A stretch of 64,000 bases of DNA from the human T2T-CHM13v2.0 reference genome, Homo sapiens. The notes below the pieces were generated by a model. That model saw only the letters and a program-made list of their open reading frames with translations. It ran no database searches and had not been told where the DNA came from. Position 1 is the stretch's first letter; each line of letters starts with the position of its first letter. Of this stretch, positions 1 to 14,448 are shown one piece after another. Both the position numbers and the translations under genes were made by a program. The DNA is taken from the NCBI RefSeq assembly GCF_009914755.1, contig NC_060932.1. One strand, 5' to 3'.

Positions 1-2183
1 CGGGGGTGAAAAAAATCACTTGATCTTCCACAAAGATGCTAAAATTTATCCAACAAAAGTATAAAACTCTTCTAATAAAACTTAATGAACTATAAAGTGA
101 AGCATATTTCCTTAACATGAATTTGTGTTTACATATATATTTCAAATGCAGTACATGTATCCTGGTTGGTTATGCCTTAAAAAAAAGGAATTTATAAAAT
201 CATTCTAGAAATTATGCAGAAATTTAAATACCTATAAAATATTAGATGATGTTAGTAAAATATTGCTAATTTTCTTAGTTTTGATTATAGTGTTATAGTT
301 ACTTAGGAGAATGTCCTTATTCTTAGGAAATGCATACTGAAGTATTTAGGAACCAAAGTATAATGATACCTGAAATTTAGTCTCAATTATCCTACAGAAT
401 AAAAGTATATATGAAAAATATTAATTGTCATATTTGGATAGTGGTTATAGAGGTGATCATAGCACAATTCTTGCAACTTTTCTGTGTTTGACAATTTTCA
501 TAATAAAATATCAGAGATTAAATAAAATGTATAAATATTGTAATGACAAAAGCTTTTCAATATAGTTCCACTAACTATTCTAGTTAGACTCTTTTGTTTC
601 CAAAGATCAAAATCCCACTCAAGTTAACTTAAGAAAATATTTTTAAAGATACAGGTGAATCGGACCTAAAATTGGAATCTGACACTCAAGGGACATTCAG
701 GAGGCTCTAGGACCTGCATGTTCTCCCAGTGGCCACTAAGGGACCATTCATTGCTCTCACTGGGTCTTCACTTTCCCCAGTGCTTCTACTGCCTTCTCAC
801 TTCTCCCATTAGATTTCCTTTGCTATCTTCAATTTCAGCTGTCCTCACCTAGCAAAGTTATACATGGGCCCTTTCACCCATCAACCTCACTCCCGGAAAT
901 CTAGCTCTGACATGTTGGCAAAAAACACCAAATGATATCTATACAAAGCTATTCATTGTAACATCATTTGCATAAGCATAAAGGTGAAAACAACCCAACT
1001 TCCATCAAAAAGGGACTAATTGAGTAGACTATTATACATGCATATGATAGAAGACTGTGTATCCATAAAAAGTAATGAGAACAATATATACTGATAGGGA
1101 ATGATCTTTAGGTTATATTGTAAAGGGAAAAAAGGCTTGTATAGTATCCTACTTCCAGTATTTTAATTTTTGTGTAAAAAGGAAAATAAAAATGTAAATA
1201 TACATATTTATTTATATTTTCATAAAGAAATAATGAAATAAGTAAAAAATTAATTTTAAAAAATGCTTCACTATAGTGGGAGGGAGAAAAGAGGCTGAAG
1301 GAGCCAGGGACAGAAGCTTCCCTAGATGTAAATTTGGCCAGCATTCCTGGAGTCTGGGCCTGTAACTGGCTGTGAGCATTCTGCTGGCCAAGCAGAGCAC
1401 AAGATTAAGCCCAGACTGAAGGGAGGAGAAAGAGACTCCAACTCTCCATGGGAAGTGTGACAAACAATATATGGACAGATTTTCTAAAAGCAGGACAACC
1501 AGATTTGATGTGCTTCATAACAGGGCATACTAAAAAGTATACGACAGTAGTTACGCAAAGTGATCTTGCCTAAAAATTTATACTTGAATGTCTAATCAAG
1601 CCTCTAACTCTCAGTTTCTAGGCAATATAAGGGATAGAAGGAAATGTTTAACTTTTAAAAGGTTAAAGAAGCAATCAGAATGTGAGAATGTGAGAAATTC
1701 TAGAGGACCAAACAACCAGAGAGAGCTGTCAGAGAATAACTGAATATAACATGAAGGTGTGGTTTGAATTCTAACTCAAACTAAAAAGACATAATTGAGA
1801 CAATTGGAGAAATCTTAATGTGGACTGGCTATCAGACAATGTTTAAAAATTACTATTAGTTCTGTAAAAACATTTTAAAAATCTTTATCTGTTCAAGGTT
1901 CATCGCAAAATATTTAGAGATGAAATAACATGTTATCTAGGATTTGCTTTTAAAATGTAAGAGAAGAAAGCACAGGTGGTGAATGAAATAAAATGAGCAA
2001 AATGTTGATGAAACTGCTCTTGAAAATATTTTTTTTTGCATCTTTCTGCTACCACCCTAACTTTCCAAGCATCTTGATGTTACTTAGTTTAAACTCCCTG
2101 AAGAGTAAATACAAGTGAGTCAGCTAAGCCATAAGCCACTGGCTGGGGTCTGTGGTTGAGCTATCTTTGGGTTTACTGTTGGC

Positions 2184-2534
2184 TATGGACTGAATGTTTG
2201 CATCTCCCCAAATTCATATGTTGACATCTAATTCCTAATGTAAAGGTATTAGGAGGTAGGGCCTTTGGTAGGTAATTAGGTCATAGGGGTGGAAACCTGA
2301 AGAAAAATGGGATTAGTATACTTATTAGGGGCTGCAGAGACCACAGTTGCCCCCTTCTACCATGTGAGGACACAGCTAGAAGGTTTATGAACCAGGAAAC
2401 AGACCCTCTCTAGACACTGAATCTACCAGCACCTTGATCTTGAAACTCCAGCCTCCAGAATGGTGAGAAATAAATTTTTTTTGTTTATAAGCTACTCAGT
2501 CTATGGTATTTTGTTATAGCAGTCCAAACAGACA
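2184..2534 (+). mobile_element. MaLR solo LTR (MLT1A/MST-like)
   Basis: Starts gctatggactgaatgtttg...aaattcatatgttga; ends gtctatggtattttgttatagcag...gaca, typical MLT1 ends. Confidence 0.7.
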
Positions 2535-3599
2535 TTGCCCACTCACCCTGGGTCCAAAAAACTGGGAAATGTAGGTTACAAAGTAAAAAAACTTAATCCC
2601 CTGGGCCTGTTTCTTCAGCAGGGCTTGAAGACTAGGGCGATTCCATAGAGTAGAAGAAACAGAGGGGAGCAGACACACTAGTCAGCACCTCTAGTGCTAT
2701 CTTCCTGAGGGTGGGAAGAGCTGATTCTTTAATCGATCAGTTTCACATGCATTTCAAAACCAACAATAACATCTTTTTGACTTATCAACTTCTCTTGAGT
2801 CCCACATCTATTTACCTACTATCTCCTTTGATTGCTCATTGTTTCAAGAAATAAATGAGAATCAGAAGTTACTATCATTTCTTTATAATCAAGGCAAGTG
2901 GCCAAGTGATTTACCCAATGCACAGAGCAATTGGTTCTAGGGGAAATAAATAAATTGCATTTTGTATATCAACTAGACTGCATCTTCAGGGAATTGTGCT
3001 GCATCAAAAACAATTTTCAAGCAACCTAATAATTATCTGTAAACATCATCTCCCCTTTAAAACATTTTTAAGACTTTCCTGTGGAAAATCTACACTGTCA
3101 TCCCAGATGAGTGTTGGAATAGCAGGAAATAAGATGGAGAATCAGAGAAAAATCTGCTTATGAAAGGCCTTAAGAAGCAGACTAAGGGATTTAGAATTTG
3201 TGGCTTTGCTGAAAGGGATCACCATGAAGGTCAAATTCATAGAAAAGCAGGGTTAATTCAAAAGACAGAGAGTGATGAAGGCCGGGAGACCAGCTAGGAA
3301 GTTCGGTAATAAAAGCCTATTCTACAAAGTGGGAGCTGAAATGTAGAGGATGCACAGCATCTGAAAGATATTCCAAAGGGAGAAATCATTTATTTTAATG
3401 GTCCTGGAGTTTAGGAGTGGAGCAGAATAAAAAGTCAAAGATGACTTAAATGTTTCTGATTTGGAAGACTAAAATGTATTGATATCCCAGACAGATGTGA
3501 ATGATAAGAATGGGAATAACAGAAGGAAGGCAGCCATTTAATAAGTCCCTGATAAGTAGGAGTTGAAAGTACTTTTAGGGTAAGGAAGACACCTTGTAG

Positions 3600-3752
3600 C
3601 CAGCCATTGTGGCACTTGCCTGCAGTCCCAGCTAGTCAGGAACCCAAACTCCTAAGACACTAAGGTGGGAGAATTGCTTGAACCTAAGAGTTGGAGACTG
3701 TAGTGCCTGGGCAACAGAGTGAGGCCCAATCTTAAAAATATAAAAATAAAAA
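3600..3752 (+). mobile_element. Old Alu right-arm fragment (AluJ/FRAM-like)
   Basis: gcctgcagtcccagct...gagaattgcttgaacc...cctgggcaacagagtgag followed by an A-rich tail. Confidence 0.65.
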
Positions 3753-3799
3753 TCTTGAAAGCAATGCATATATACATACAAAATTCTCCAGTTCCTTTG

Positions 3800-4164
3800 T
3801 GATATGGTTTGGCTGTGTACCCACCCAAATCTCATCTTGAATTTTAGCTCCTATAATCCCCACATGTTGTAGGAGGGACCCAGTGGGAGTCCTACATTGA
3901 ATCATGGGGCAGGTTTTCCCATACTGTTCTTGTGTTAGTGAATAAGTCTCAGGAGATCTGATGGTTTTACAAAGAGCAGTTCCCATGCACACACTCTCTT
4001 GCCTGACGCCATGTAAGAGGTGACTTTGCTCTTCCTTCACCTTCCACCATGATTGTGAGGCCTCCCCAGCCATGTGGAACTGTGAGTCCATTAAACCTCT
4101 TTTTCTTTATAAATCACCCAGTCTTGGGTATTTCTTCATAGCAGTAAGAAAATGGACTAATATG
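3800..4164 (+). mobile_element. THE1-family MaLR solo LTR
   Basis: Starts tgatatggtttggctgtgt..cccacccaaatctcatcttgaat; ends aatggactaata; 5-bp TSD ctttg at 3795-3799 and 4165-4169. Confidence 0.9.
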
Positions 4165-4772
4165 CTTTGTACGTACATATTTCATTGTAAAAAAGGTGGA
4201 ATTCAGACAATTTTCATTGTTTTGTGAAGATAATCCTGGACACAGAAAATTAATGTTAAAGTTAATTTATTAATACCACATAGAGCTATATACTGGGTGG
4301 GCTGAGAGTTTAGAATATCTGTAGAGTTATTTAATCATTCTTGAATTTCCTTCATGTCACTGCTTCTAAAAGCTTTACTAGTTGTCTAATACTCTTAGCC
4401 ATGGGAAATTTAATACAATTTCCTTTACTTTAAGTTATACTTATTGTTAAAGGTTTTAATTACCCCTACATGATAAATTTAACTGATAATGGAAATCTTT
4501 TCCAGGTTTGAAAGTGCATATTTGACAGACAAGTTATTATCATGGTTGATACTAAAAAACAGCAATCTAAATCCACATGGAAGCCAATATATCATAACCT
4601 AGTGTCAGTATCTTCAAACAGTGATAATCCAAGGGAATTGTAGGCTATTTGCCAAGAGAAATCACCCTAAAGGTATACCTAGCTCTCTACTTTTGAAAAC
4701 ACATATATCTTGTTGTAATTTAACCATCATCTAAAAGTTAACGCCTTTAAATTGAGGATGGTTCTCCCTAAT

Positions 4773-4960
4773 CCAGTAGCTTTCAATCTTAACTGCACAT
4801 TGGAATCTCATGAAGAACTTTCAGAAGTATACTAATACCTAGCTCTCATCTTCTTCCTCTTTCTACTCTAATTGTTCTGGAGTGTGGTTTGAGGATCAAG
4901 ATTTTTAGAAGCTCCCCGAGTGATTCTAATGGGTAGACAAGGCTGAGAATCTCTGCACCA
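4773..4960. mobile_element. MER5A-like hAT DNA transposon remnant
   Basis: cagtagctttcaatctt..ctgcacattggaatc ... aagctccccgagtgattctaatg...gctgagaatctctg. Confidence 0.6.
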
Positions 4961-5189
4961 TTTTCCTAATGATTCTCTGAAAGTTCAGATTTCCTTTCAG
5001 TTTTTAAACATTTCCTAAAGTTATAATAAAAGCCTTATTAGAATACACCACTGGTATAAAGAGAAATAATGTCAGAGGTAATCAAACAAAAAAATAAAGC
5101 AAGGGGGTATGAGGAATCATTTTTCTAGGAAGTAGGAGAGCACTTGAGGGAGAAAATTGTTATTCTGGGAAATTATTTAAAGGCTTTTT

Positions 5190-5510
5190 ATGGTGAAGCA
5201 TGGTGGCTCATGCCTTTAATCCCAGCACTTTGGGAGGCTGACGTGGACAGATTACCTGAGGTCAGCAGTTTGAGACCAGCCTGGCCAATATGGCGAAACC
5301 TCGTCTCCACTAAAAATACAAAAAAAAAAAAAAAAAAATAGCTGGTGTGGTGGCAAGTACCTGTAGTCTCAACTACTCAGGAGGCTAAGGCAGAAGAATT
5401 GCTTGAACCTGGGAGGTGGAGGCTGCAGTGAGCCAAGGTTGTGCCACCCTACCCCAGACTGGGCAACAGAGCAAGCCTTCATCTCTAAATAAATAAATAA
5501 TTAATTAAAT
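5190..5510 (+). mobile_element. AluS element
   Basis: Dimeric Alu with ggtggctcatgcctttaatcccagcactttgggagg, central A tract and (TAAA)n tail. Confidence 0.9.
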
Positions 5511-6779
5511 AAGGTTTTTAGATGGACAAACCAAGAACAAAAGACTAATTTGGGAAATACTGAGTCTCAAAGTGGTTGAAATTTTCCAGCATAATGAGGT
5601 AAAAGATGTTTCTTTTTGGCAGAAAAGCCATTTCCTATAGGTTTTGTTGTTGCTTGGTTCGTTGCTTGGCCAACAGGTATGGTATTCTTAAGTGCGAATT
5701 TTGGTGATTTCTTCTTACAGTGGAGAAATTGTTGTTTATTTGTTTGATTTCTTTGTTTACAGAATGACTTTGGGAAAAGAGAAAGAAGATATAGGGAAAC
5801 GGCCTTTGAATGGCCTCTACATTCATTCCAATGGGTCAAATCCTAAAATCTGGAGAGAAACTTCCATGGTAGGGTTTGGTTGCCTGAGCTTTCAAACAGC
5901 AAATTGAATTTCTTTCTTTTCCATGTTGGAATGCTCCCTTGATTGTACATTTAGGCCTTCAATAAATCTTTGCTAATAATCACTACTACCTGTTGTCTAG
6001 CCTGTGTTGGTGTGGTCTTAGAGAATGAAGAAAGGGAGCTGTGCTCACGTTTATAGCAAATTGAGTCAGCCTGCAGTAGCAGAGGCAAAACATCAAAAGC
6101 CAGGAACAGCTATTGGGTGGGAGGTGACAATCAGCAATCCTATAAAGACTTTATTGAAACTTTCTGCAGTTTTACAGGAAGAAAGCTTAAGGTGTTCTGT
6201 TTAGAGATGAAAGTAACCAATAACTCCAGAAAGTATAAATATTCAAGGAACTTGTGCCTTTATCTCATAGCCTAGATCATAATTCTAAACTTATTACAGC
6301 TGAGAACACTAGAACTCCTCATTATCCATGTTGTTTCTCTTCTTCCTGAGAACTCCCCTAAAAAATCTGCTCGCCTTACTACAATGTTGGGCCAAGAAGT
6401 TGGAGTCCAATTAATGGAAAGTGAGCAGAGCTATTGTAAAACACTTTCAGATTGAATCCTAGAACTTCTTGTATAATCTTTCATGTTCTTTCTCTTTGCT
6501 CATTAGGCAGCTGAATGAAGAGGTTCCAGTGCAGAAATTTGAAAAGAACATAGAGGATGGTAAAGCCACTAAATGAAGGAGACTGAGTACCTCAATCATT
6601 AAAGAAACAGTTTCCCCTCACTATTTAGGCTACGAAAAATATAAAACACTTATTATGTTAAGCCCTGAGATCTGTGGGTTTTTTGTTATAGCAGCACTAG
6701 CAGCTAGTTTTACTTAACCTTATAATATACTAAGTGACTACCCAAATCCAAAAGTCCCATTCTGTACAGTCATTCAAAA

Positions 6780-8246
6780 GAAAAGAAAAAACTATTTTAA
6801 AATTCATTTGGAACCAAAAAAGAGCCTCAATAGCCAAGGCAATCCTAAGCAAAAGAACAAAGCTGGAGGCATTACGCTACCTAACTTTATACTATAGGGC
6901 TACAGTAACCAAACAGCATTTTACTGGTACAAGAACAGACACATAGACAAATTGGTCCAAATAGCCCAGAAACAAGGCCACACACCTACAACCATCTGGT
7001 CTTTCACAAAGCTGACAAAAACAAACAATGAGGAAAGGACTTCCTATTCAATAAGTGATGTTGGTATAACTGGCTAGCCATAGGCAGAAGATTAAAACTG
7101 GACCCCTTTCTTACACTATATACAAAAATCAACTCAAGATGGATAAAAGACTTAAATGTAAAACCCAAAACTATAAAAACCCTGGAAGACAACCTAGACA
7201 GTATCATTCTGGACATAGGAATGGGCAAAGATTTCATGACAAAGATGCCAAAAGTAATTGTAACAAAAGCAAAAATTGACAAATGGGGTCTAATTAAACT
7301 AAAGAGCTTCAGCACAGCAAAAGAAACTGTCAATAAACAGACAACCTACAAAATGGGAAAAATTTTTTGCAAACTATGCATCTGACAAAGGCTCAATATC
7401 CACTATCTATAAGAAACTTAAAAATTCAGCAAGCAAAAACAAATAACCCCATTAAAAAGTGGGCAAAAAACATGAACAGACACTTTTCAAAAGAAGACAT
7501 ATATGTGGCCAACAAGCATAAGAAAAAAGTTCAGCATCACTGATCATTAGAGACATGCAAATCAAAAACACAATGAGGTGCCATCTCACACCAGTCACAA
7601 TGGCAATTACTAAAAAGCCAAGAAACAACAGTTGCTGGTGAAGCTACAGAGAAATTAAAATGCATAGTTGGTGGGAAGGAAAATTAGTTCAGCCACTGGG
7701 AAAAGCAGTTTGGAAAAATCCTCAAAGAGCTAAAAAAGACCTACCATTTGACCCAGTAATCCCATTACGGGGTACATACCCAAAGGAAAATAAATCCTTC
7801 TATCATAAAGATACATGGACATGCATGTTCATTGCAGCACTATTCACAATAGTAAAGACATGGAATCAACCTAAATGCCCATCAGTGGTAGACTAGATAA
7901 AGAAAATGTGGTATATATACAACATTGAATACTCTGCAGCCATAAAAAAGAATGAGATTATGTTCTTTGCAACAATATGGATAAAAGTGGAGGCCATTAT
8001 CCTCAGCAAACGAATACAGGAACAGAAAAACAAATGAGAACACATGGACACATAGAGGGGAACAACAGACACTGGGGTGTCTGGCCTACCAGAGGGTGGA
8101 GGATGGGAGGAGGGAGAAGATCAGAAAAAATAACTATTGTATACTAGGCTTAAAGCCTGGATGACAAAATAACCCTCATGACATGGGTTTACCTATATAA
8201 CATACATGCACATGTACCCCTGAACTTAAAATGAAAGTTTAAAAAA
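6780..8246 (+). mobile_element. 5'-truncated old L1 (L1PA15/16-like) ORF2 3' end and 3'UTR
   Basis: Translates to degenerate ORF2 ([30 protein letters not shown]); ends catgtacccctgaacttaaaa. Confidence 0.9.
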
Positions 8247-10776
8247 CTTAATAAACTTTTAATAATTCATACAAACAATGCTTTCTGACCATAATAGAAA
8301 TAAAATAGGAAATCAACAAATAAAGAAATGCTGGAAAATTCCCCAAATACTTGAAAACTAAATCACATACTTCTAAGAAACCCACAGGTAAAAGAAGAAA
8401 TCAATAGGGAAATTGGGAAGTATTTTGAACAGGTGACAATAAAAATACATTTCAAAATTTATGGGATAATGTTAAAGAATTATTTAGGGAAACTTTTAGC
8501 ACTTTAAATTATAGTTATTTCCTTAGGAGATCTATAGTGCATTTCTTCAACTCTGTTTCTCTCTTCCTCATTATTTTCTTTCTGCCCACATGAGGAAGGA
8601 AACTATGGTTTGATCTTTGTTCTCCTACTAGTTATAATTTGTCCACTAAATTAACATGTATTGAGAAACTACTGTTGGCCTATAGTGCTGGCTCAGAGTA
8701 GGAGCTTGACAAATATCTACTGAAAAAATAAATGAGGAAATTTCAATTTGGAGACAGGGAAATGAAAGAAATAAAGAGAACTTGCAGTTCCATTGTCTAT
8801 TGCTAAATCAAAACATTTTATATTTAGATTCATACTACTCATAAGATTGATCTTTATTTTCCTCTCTTAACAGCCCTTTCAAAAGACTATCTCATAGAAT
8901 CACAAATCTAATCTAACCACATCAAATGTGTAAGTCTGCTCTAGCATCTCCAATAAGATCTGTCCAACTTCCTCTGAACGCCTCCAATAAAACTATTCAA
9001 TATATGAATTGAATAGTCAATTCAGTCTATGAATTTTCTAGACTCATGGTAGCACAATGCTTTGCATTTACCTTTCCAAACTGAATTGTAATTCTGATAA
9101 AAATAGAAACATAATCTCTGGCACAGGGTTTGAGTTTCTCTAGCTCAAGTGACCTGCCTCTGTAACCCACAGTCATTTGTAAAAAGTCAGACCTACCTTC
9201 ACTCAGTTACTTCAACCTCAGAAGATGGGATGTATCTCCAAAACTTTCATTTTCTCCCTTTTGAAACTTACTAGAAAACACCTTATTTAGATGCATCACC
9301 TTCAACATGTTCGCATTTTTATCTTCTACACACTCTTGATATGCAAATTCCATGAATATACACATCTGAAAGCATATATTAACCCCTTTAGAAGGTAAAG
9401 CAATTCCCAATGACCATGGAAAAAATGATTCTGATCACATTCCCATTTCCCCTTTATTGTTTGATGAAGACTCATCTTTTGAGTCCCCCTTAACATGGTT
9501 CCTGTTCATTTCTTTTGACCATTTTAGTGTACTCTTCCCAGACTTCTGCATTTCCGCTATATCTTCCTCAGATGTGCATACACTATCCAAGAACTTACAT
9601 AACAGAAAAGTGGTGTTTGTAGTTGGATTTCCATTACCTTTTTGATGATTCCTTCCATTTGGACTGCATCATTTGTTGTTTGTATTCCAGGATATCTCTT
9701 GCCAGTGTCTGCAAAGAACAATCAACTACTCAGTAGTTGAACAGCCACATCCTGTTCTGGAGCTAAAACTTAGACAACAAAGTTTATTATATTTTAAGTA
9801 TATTTTGGAATCTGATTTTCCACGACACATTACTTGATTCGGTAACAATAATCAAATTTTTTTCTTAAATCCTTGGCACTATTCAATATTTTGCATACTC
9901 AGGTGAAGTTAATTTCATAAATCTTTTGTGTTCCATGTCTGGTAAACTAATATTTTAAATGACATTGTATCAAACATATAAATTCAGTCCTCTCCCAAAA
10001 AGGCAGTGTGTGACTTTTACTAATTTTTATTAGAACACAATAAACACTGCCATTAATATAGCATTTGAGGCTCCTGGGTAAAATCAACACCTTGTATTTA
10101 GAATGACAAGTCAATAATCACTGCCATCTGCAGGCAACAAAAAAAAATCTGGTTTATACCAACTTGTTTGATCAAAGGCAATTTCAAGTGAACAAAATAA
10201 TTATATTTCCAGGGAACAATGCACTCATAGATAAAAAAGACACTTGTCTATTTCCTCCCTTCTACACTTCCATTGGTGCAAACAGCATCCAGAGCAATCA
10301 GAAGAATAATAAGAATAATATTGAGCAAAAGCAGTTGCATTGGCAAACATGAGGTCACAATTTGTGCTAAAAAGTACAGAATGAGAACTTGAGGAAATGC
10401 GAAATAGAGGTATCCCCAGTAGTATTTTTTAGCATCACAAGATTTTAACTACTCTCAGTTTATAAGTCCAATTAATTAATTCCAACCCCCTCTGCAACTC
10501 TTTCTGAGAAAATCAGTAATTTAACTTACCTGATAAGTCAAATTGATAACCAGTCACCTGTCTAGTGTCCATACACATCTCAAGACTGTTATCTTGACAG
10601 ATTGGATAAAGCAATTTAAACCTTATTAAACAAAGGTTTCATGTATTCCAATCCACTACGTTTACATATATAAATACACTGTGGAAAAAATACTACCACG
10701 TCTCAGCTGGAAATGTGTTTTGATGCAATGCTTTCAAAAAACAGTACTTTTTAAAGATGTCCTTGGGTAGTCTAAC

Positions 10777-10990
10777 AGTTTTTCTCAATGGGAGCTGCTC
10801 CTGACAGTCAGGAGGAACAACTCTTCATTGTTCTGTACATTGCCGGATGTTTAGCATTCCCGGATCCCACCCACTAAGTGCCAGTAGATTGTCCCAGTCA
10901 TATATGTATGGGAACAAGAAATGCTCCCATATATTTCAGAACGGCCCCCCAGGAAACAGTGCTGCCCTCTCTCCCAGTTAAGAACCTTTG
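10777..10990. mobile_element. MER20-like hAT remnant
   Basis: cagtttttctcaa...ggatgtttagcattccc..cccactaagtgccagtag...ccagttaagaacc. Confidence 0.6.
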
Positions 10991-11658
10991 GGAAGACTTC
11001 CCCAAAAAAGTTAAAGGATTTCGTCATTTCCCTATTGCATGGTCAAGTATTCTTTAGAGAAATTCTAAATCAAAGAAAAGAGAGCTAATTCTATAGGATA
11101 ATTTCTAATGAGCCATAAAAATGCTCATCCTTGCTTCTACCTCTTTCTAAATGATGCCTAAATGATTTTCTAATCTAAAATTAGAAATTTAAAGGAAAAA
11201 TACTTATCACAAAATAAGATAAATAAAATAAAAAGACTTATAAAATGTTAAATTTTGTATGACAAAAATAGAATACAAAATAAAATACAAATATGAAACT
11301 AGAAACATAATTGCAGGGTTTAATAACTTAAACATACAAAAAATTCCTATATAGCAATGAGAAAAAAACTAATGTCTGATAAAAAACTGAACTGAGGAAT
11401 TAGCAAGCAAACAATAAGAAAAATGGCTAATAACATAGAAAAACCATATTCAACCTCATTAGTAATCAAGTATAAATAATATGCATATAAACAATTAAAT
11501 ATATTCATATGTTTTACCTATGGTGAAAATATATTTAAATGAAAGTACTCAGTATTGGTGAGGATTCACAGAAGTGTGAGAACAGGGACAAAATTGATGT
11601 TGCCCTTATGAAGGAAATTTAGCCATAGCTAGCAAAGCCTTAAAATTTTGCAAGTCAT

Positions 11659-11659
11659 A

Positions 11660-11705
<46 letters not shown>
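11659..11705. repeat. (TG)n(TA)n microsatellite derived from the Alu tail
   Basis: Lies directly between the TSD and the poly-T of the antisense Alu. Confidence 0.9.
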
Positions 11706-12008
<303 letters not shown>

Positions 12009-12114
12009 TTTGCAAGTCATTTAATTCATCAACCCCAACTTTGGGCATTTAGACTAGGAATATAATTGTGGTTGCAGGCAAAAATTTGACTAAAATATTG
12101 TTCACTGAATCTCT

Positions 12115-12375
12115 TTTTCTTATATTTTGTGTACATAGTAGGTGTATGTATTTATGGAGTACATGAGATATTTTGATATAGGCATATGATGCGTAATAAC
12201 TAAATCAGGGTAAATGGAAGTGTCCATCGTCTCAAGCATGTAACCTTTATGTTACAAACAATCCAATTATACTCTTAGTTACTTTGAAATGTACAATAAA
12301 TTATTATTGACTGTAGCCACCCTGTTGTGCTATCAAATACTAGATGTTATTCATTCTGAGTATATTTTTATAGCC
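12115..12375 (-). mobile_element. L1MA-type 3' end fragment
   Basis: tacatagtaggtgtatgtatttatgg...tacaataaattattattgact..caccctgttgtgctatcaaatactagat. Confidence 0.7.
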
Positions 12376-12555
12376 ATGAATCATTTTTTATAGTAAAAAA
12401 GCAGATTTACACATATATTTTCAAGAATAGGGAAATTTAATGAATAAACTATGATATATCTAGAAAATAAAATATTATGAATTTAAAATAATGCCTTTCA
12501 AAATTATTTAATGACATGGAAAAATATTCTTAGTATATCATTAGTGGGAAAAAGC

Positions 12556-12868
12556 AAGGCTCCGCATCCATGGAGATTGGTCCCAGGATCCCAGTGGATA
12601 TCAAAATTCAAGAATGCTTAAGTCCCTGATATAAACTAGCATAGTATTTCCATCTAACATACACACAATCTCTGAGATACATTAAATCTCCTCTAAATTA
12701 CTTATAATATGTAACACATTGCAATTGCTATGTAAGTAGTTGTTATACTATATTGGGTTATATTTGTATTATTTTCTATTGTACTGTAAAAAAATTTTTC
12801 CAAATATTTTTGATCTGTGGTTGGTTGAACTCATGAATGCACAACAGCAGACACAGAGGGCCGACTGT
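12556..12868. mobile_element. MER2 (Tigger-family MITE)
   Basis: gattggtcccaggatcc...aagtccctgatataaa...gacacagagggccgactg. Confidence 0.75.
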
Positions 12869-13372
12869 TTGTAAAATATGACACTCTTTTTGTAAAACTT
12901 ATATATGCATGTGTTTATATAATCAGAGACAGAGGGGATATATTTGTCTTGTAGAGAAAGACGATCTGTCTTGTTCTTTGCAAACTTAAAACCTGGCATG
13001 GTGCCTGGAACAGAGTGTACCAGGTCAATCACATGTATAAATAAATTGGTAATAAAGGACATTCCCTAAAATGCTATTGGTTATTGAGGCTGAGATTAAT
13101 TATATTTTTCTTTCTTCTTTTTGTTTATATTTATTTTGGGGGTTTTATAGAATGAGCATGGACTACTTTTGTGACTTCAAAAAAAGCGTAAGTCCTACGG
13201 AAACCTTTAATTTGGTTGGAAAGAAATATGTGGATCTTAAAGGGAAGGATTTCAGTCATGGTACAGCAAGTTTGCCTCTATTGGTCATGATCAACTCTTT
13301 CTTAGCCATACTTTGAGCTAATTTAAAAGCCTACTCACCTGCTGGGGTTTTTCTCCCATAGAAATGTGATTC

Positions 13373-13538
13373 CAGGTGAGGCATGGTGGCTCACACCTTT
13401 AATCCAAGCATTTTGGGAGGCCAAAGCAGGAGGGTAGCTTGAGCCCCAGAGTTTAAGACAAGCCTGGGAAACATGGTGGACCTCTGTCCCTATAAAAAAT
13501 AAAATAATTAGCCGTGCATGGTGGTGCATACCTGTGGT
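13373..13538 (+). mobile_element. AluJ left arm plus start of right arm, truncated
   Basis: ggtggctcacacctttaatcc...aaaataattagccgtgcatggtggtgcatacctgtggtc, then an abrupt switch to LTR12. Confidence 0.8.
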
Positions 13539-14448
13539 CGGGACCTGCAGCCCACCATGCCTGAGCCTCCCCCACTCTGTGGGCTCCTGTGCCGGCCCAA
13601 GCCTCCCCGATGAGCCCCGCCACCTGCTCCACGGCACCAAGTCCCATCCACCACCCAAGGGCTGAGGAGTGCGGGCGCATGGCACGGGTCTGGCAGGCAG
13701 CTCCACCTGCGGCCCCAGTGCAGGATCCACTGGGTGAAGCCAGCTGGGCTCCTGACTCTGGTGGGGACTTGGAGAATCTTTATGTCTAGCTAAGGGATTG
13801 TAAATACACCAATCAGCACTCTGTATCTAGCTCAGGGATTGTAAACGCACCAATCAGCACCCTGTGTCTAGCTCAGGGTTTGTAAAAGCACCAATTGACA
13901 CTCTATCTAGCTACTCTGGTGGGGACTTGGAGAACCTTTGTGTGGACACTCTGTATCTAGCTAATCTAGTGGGGACGTGGAGAACCTTTGTGTCTAGCTC
14001 AAGGATTGTAAACGCACCAATCAGCACCCTATCAAAACAGACCGCTAGGCTCTCTGTAAAATGGACCAATCAGCAGGATGAGGGTGAGGCCAGATAAGAG
14101 AATAAAAGCAGGCTGCCAGAGTCAGCAGTGGCAACCCACTCGGGTCCCCTTCCACACTGTGAAAGCTTTGTTCTTTTGCTCTTTGCAATAAATCTTGCTG
14201 CTGCTCCTGCTCACTCTTTGGGTCCACACTGCCTTTATGAGCTGTAACACTCACTGCGAAGGTCTGCAGCTTCACTCCTGAAGCCAGCGAGACCATGGAC
14301 CCACCAGAAGGAAGAAACTCCAAACACATTGCAGCATCAGAAGGAACAAACTCCGGACACGCCGCCTTTAACTGTGACACTCAGTGCGAGGGTCCGCGGC
14401 TGCATTCTTGAAGTCAGTGAGACCAAGAACCCACCAATTCCGGACACA
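13539..14448 (+). mobile_element. LTR12 (ERV9) solo LTR, 5'-truncated
   Basis: gggacctgcagccc..., tandem ccaatcagcac/tctagct units, gataagagaataaaagcaggctgcc, ending ccaattccggacaca. Confidence 0.92.

Noticed and set aside
13780-14075. Regularly spaced ccaatcagcac/tctagct repeats resembling an array
   Set aside because: Normal LTR12 U3 tandem units; no unique spacers, not CRISPR-like.
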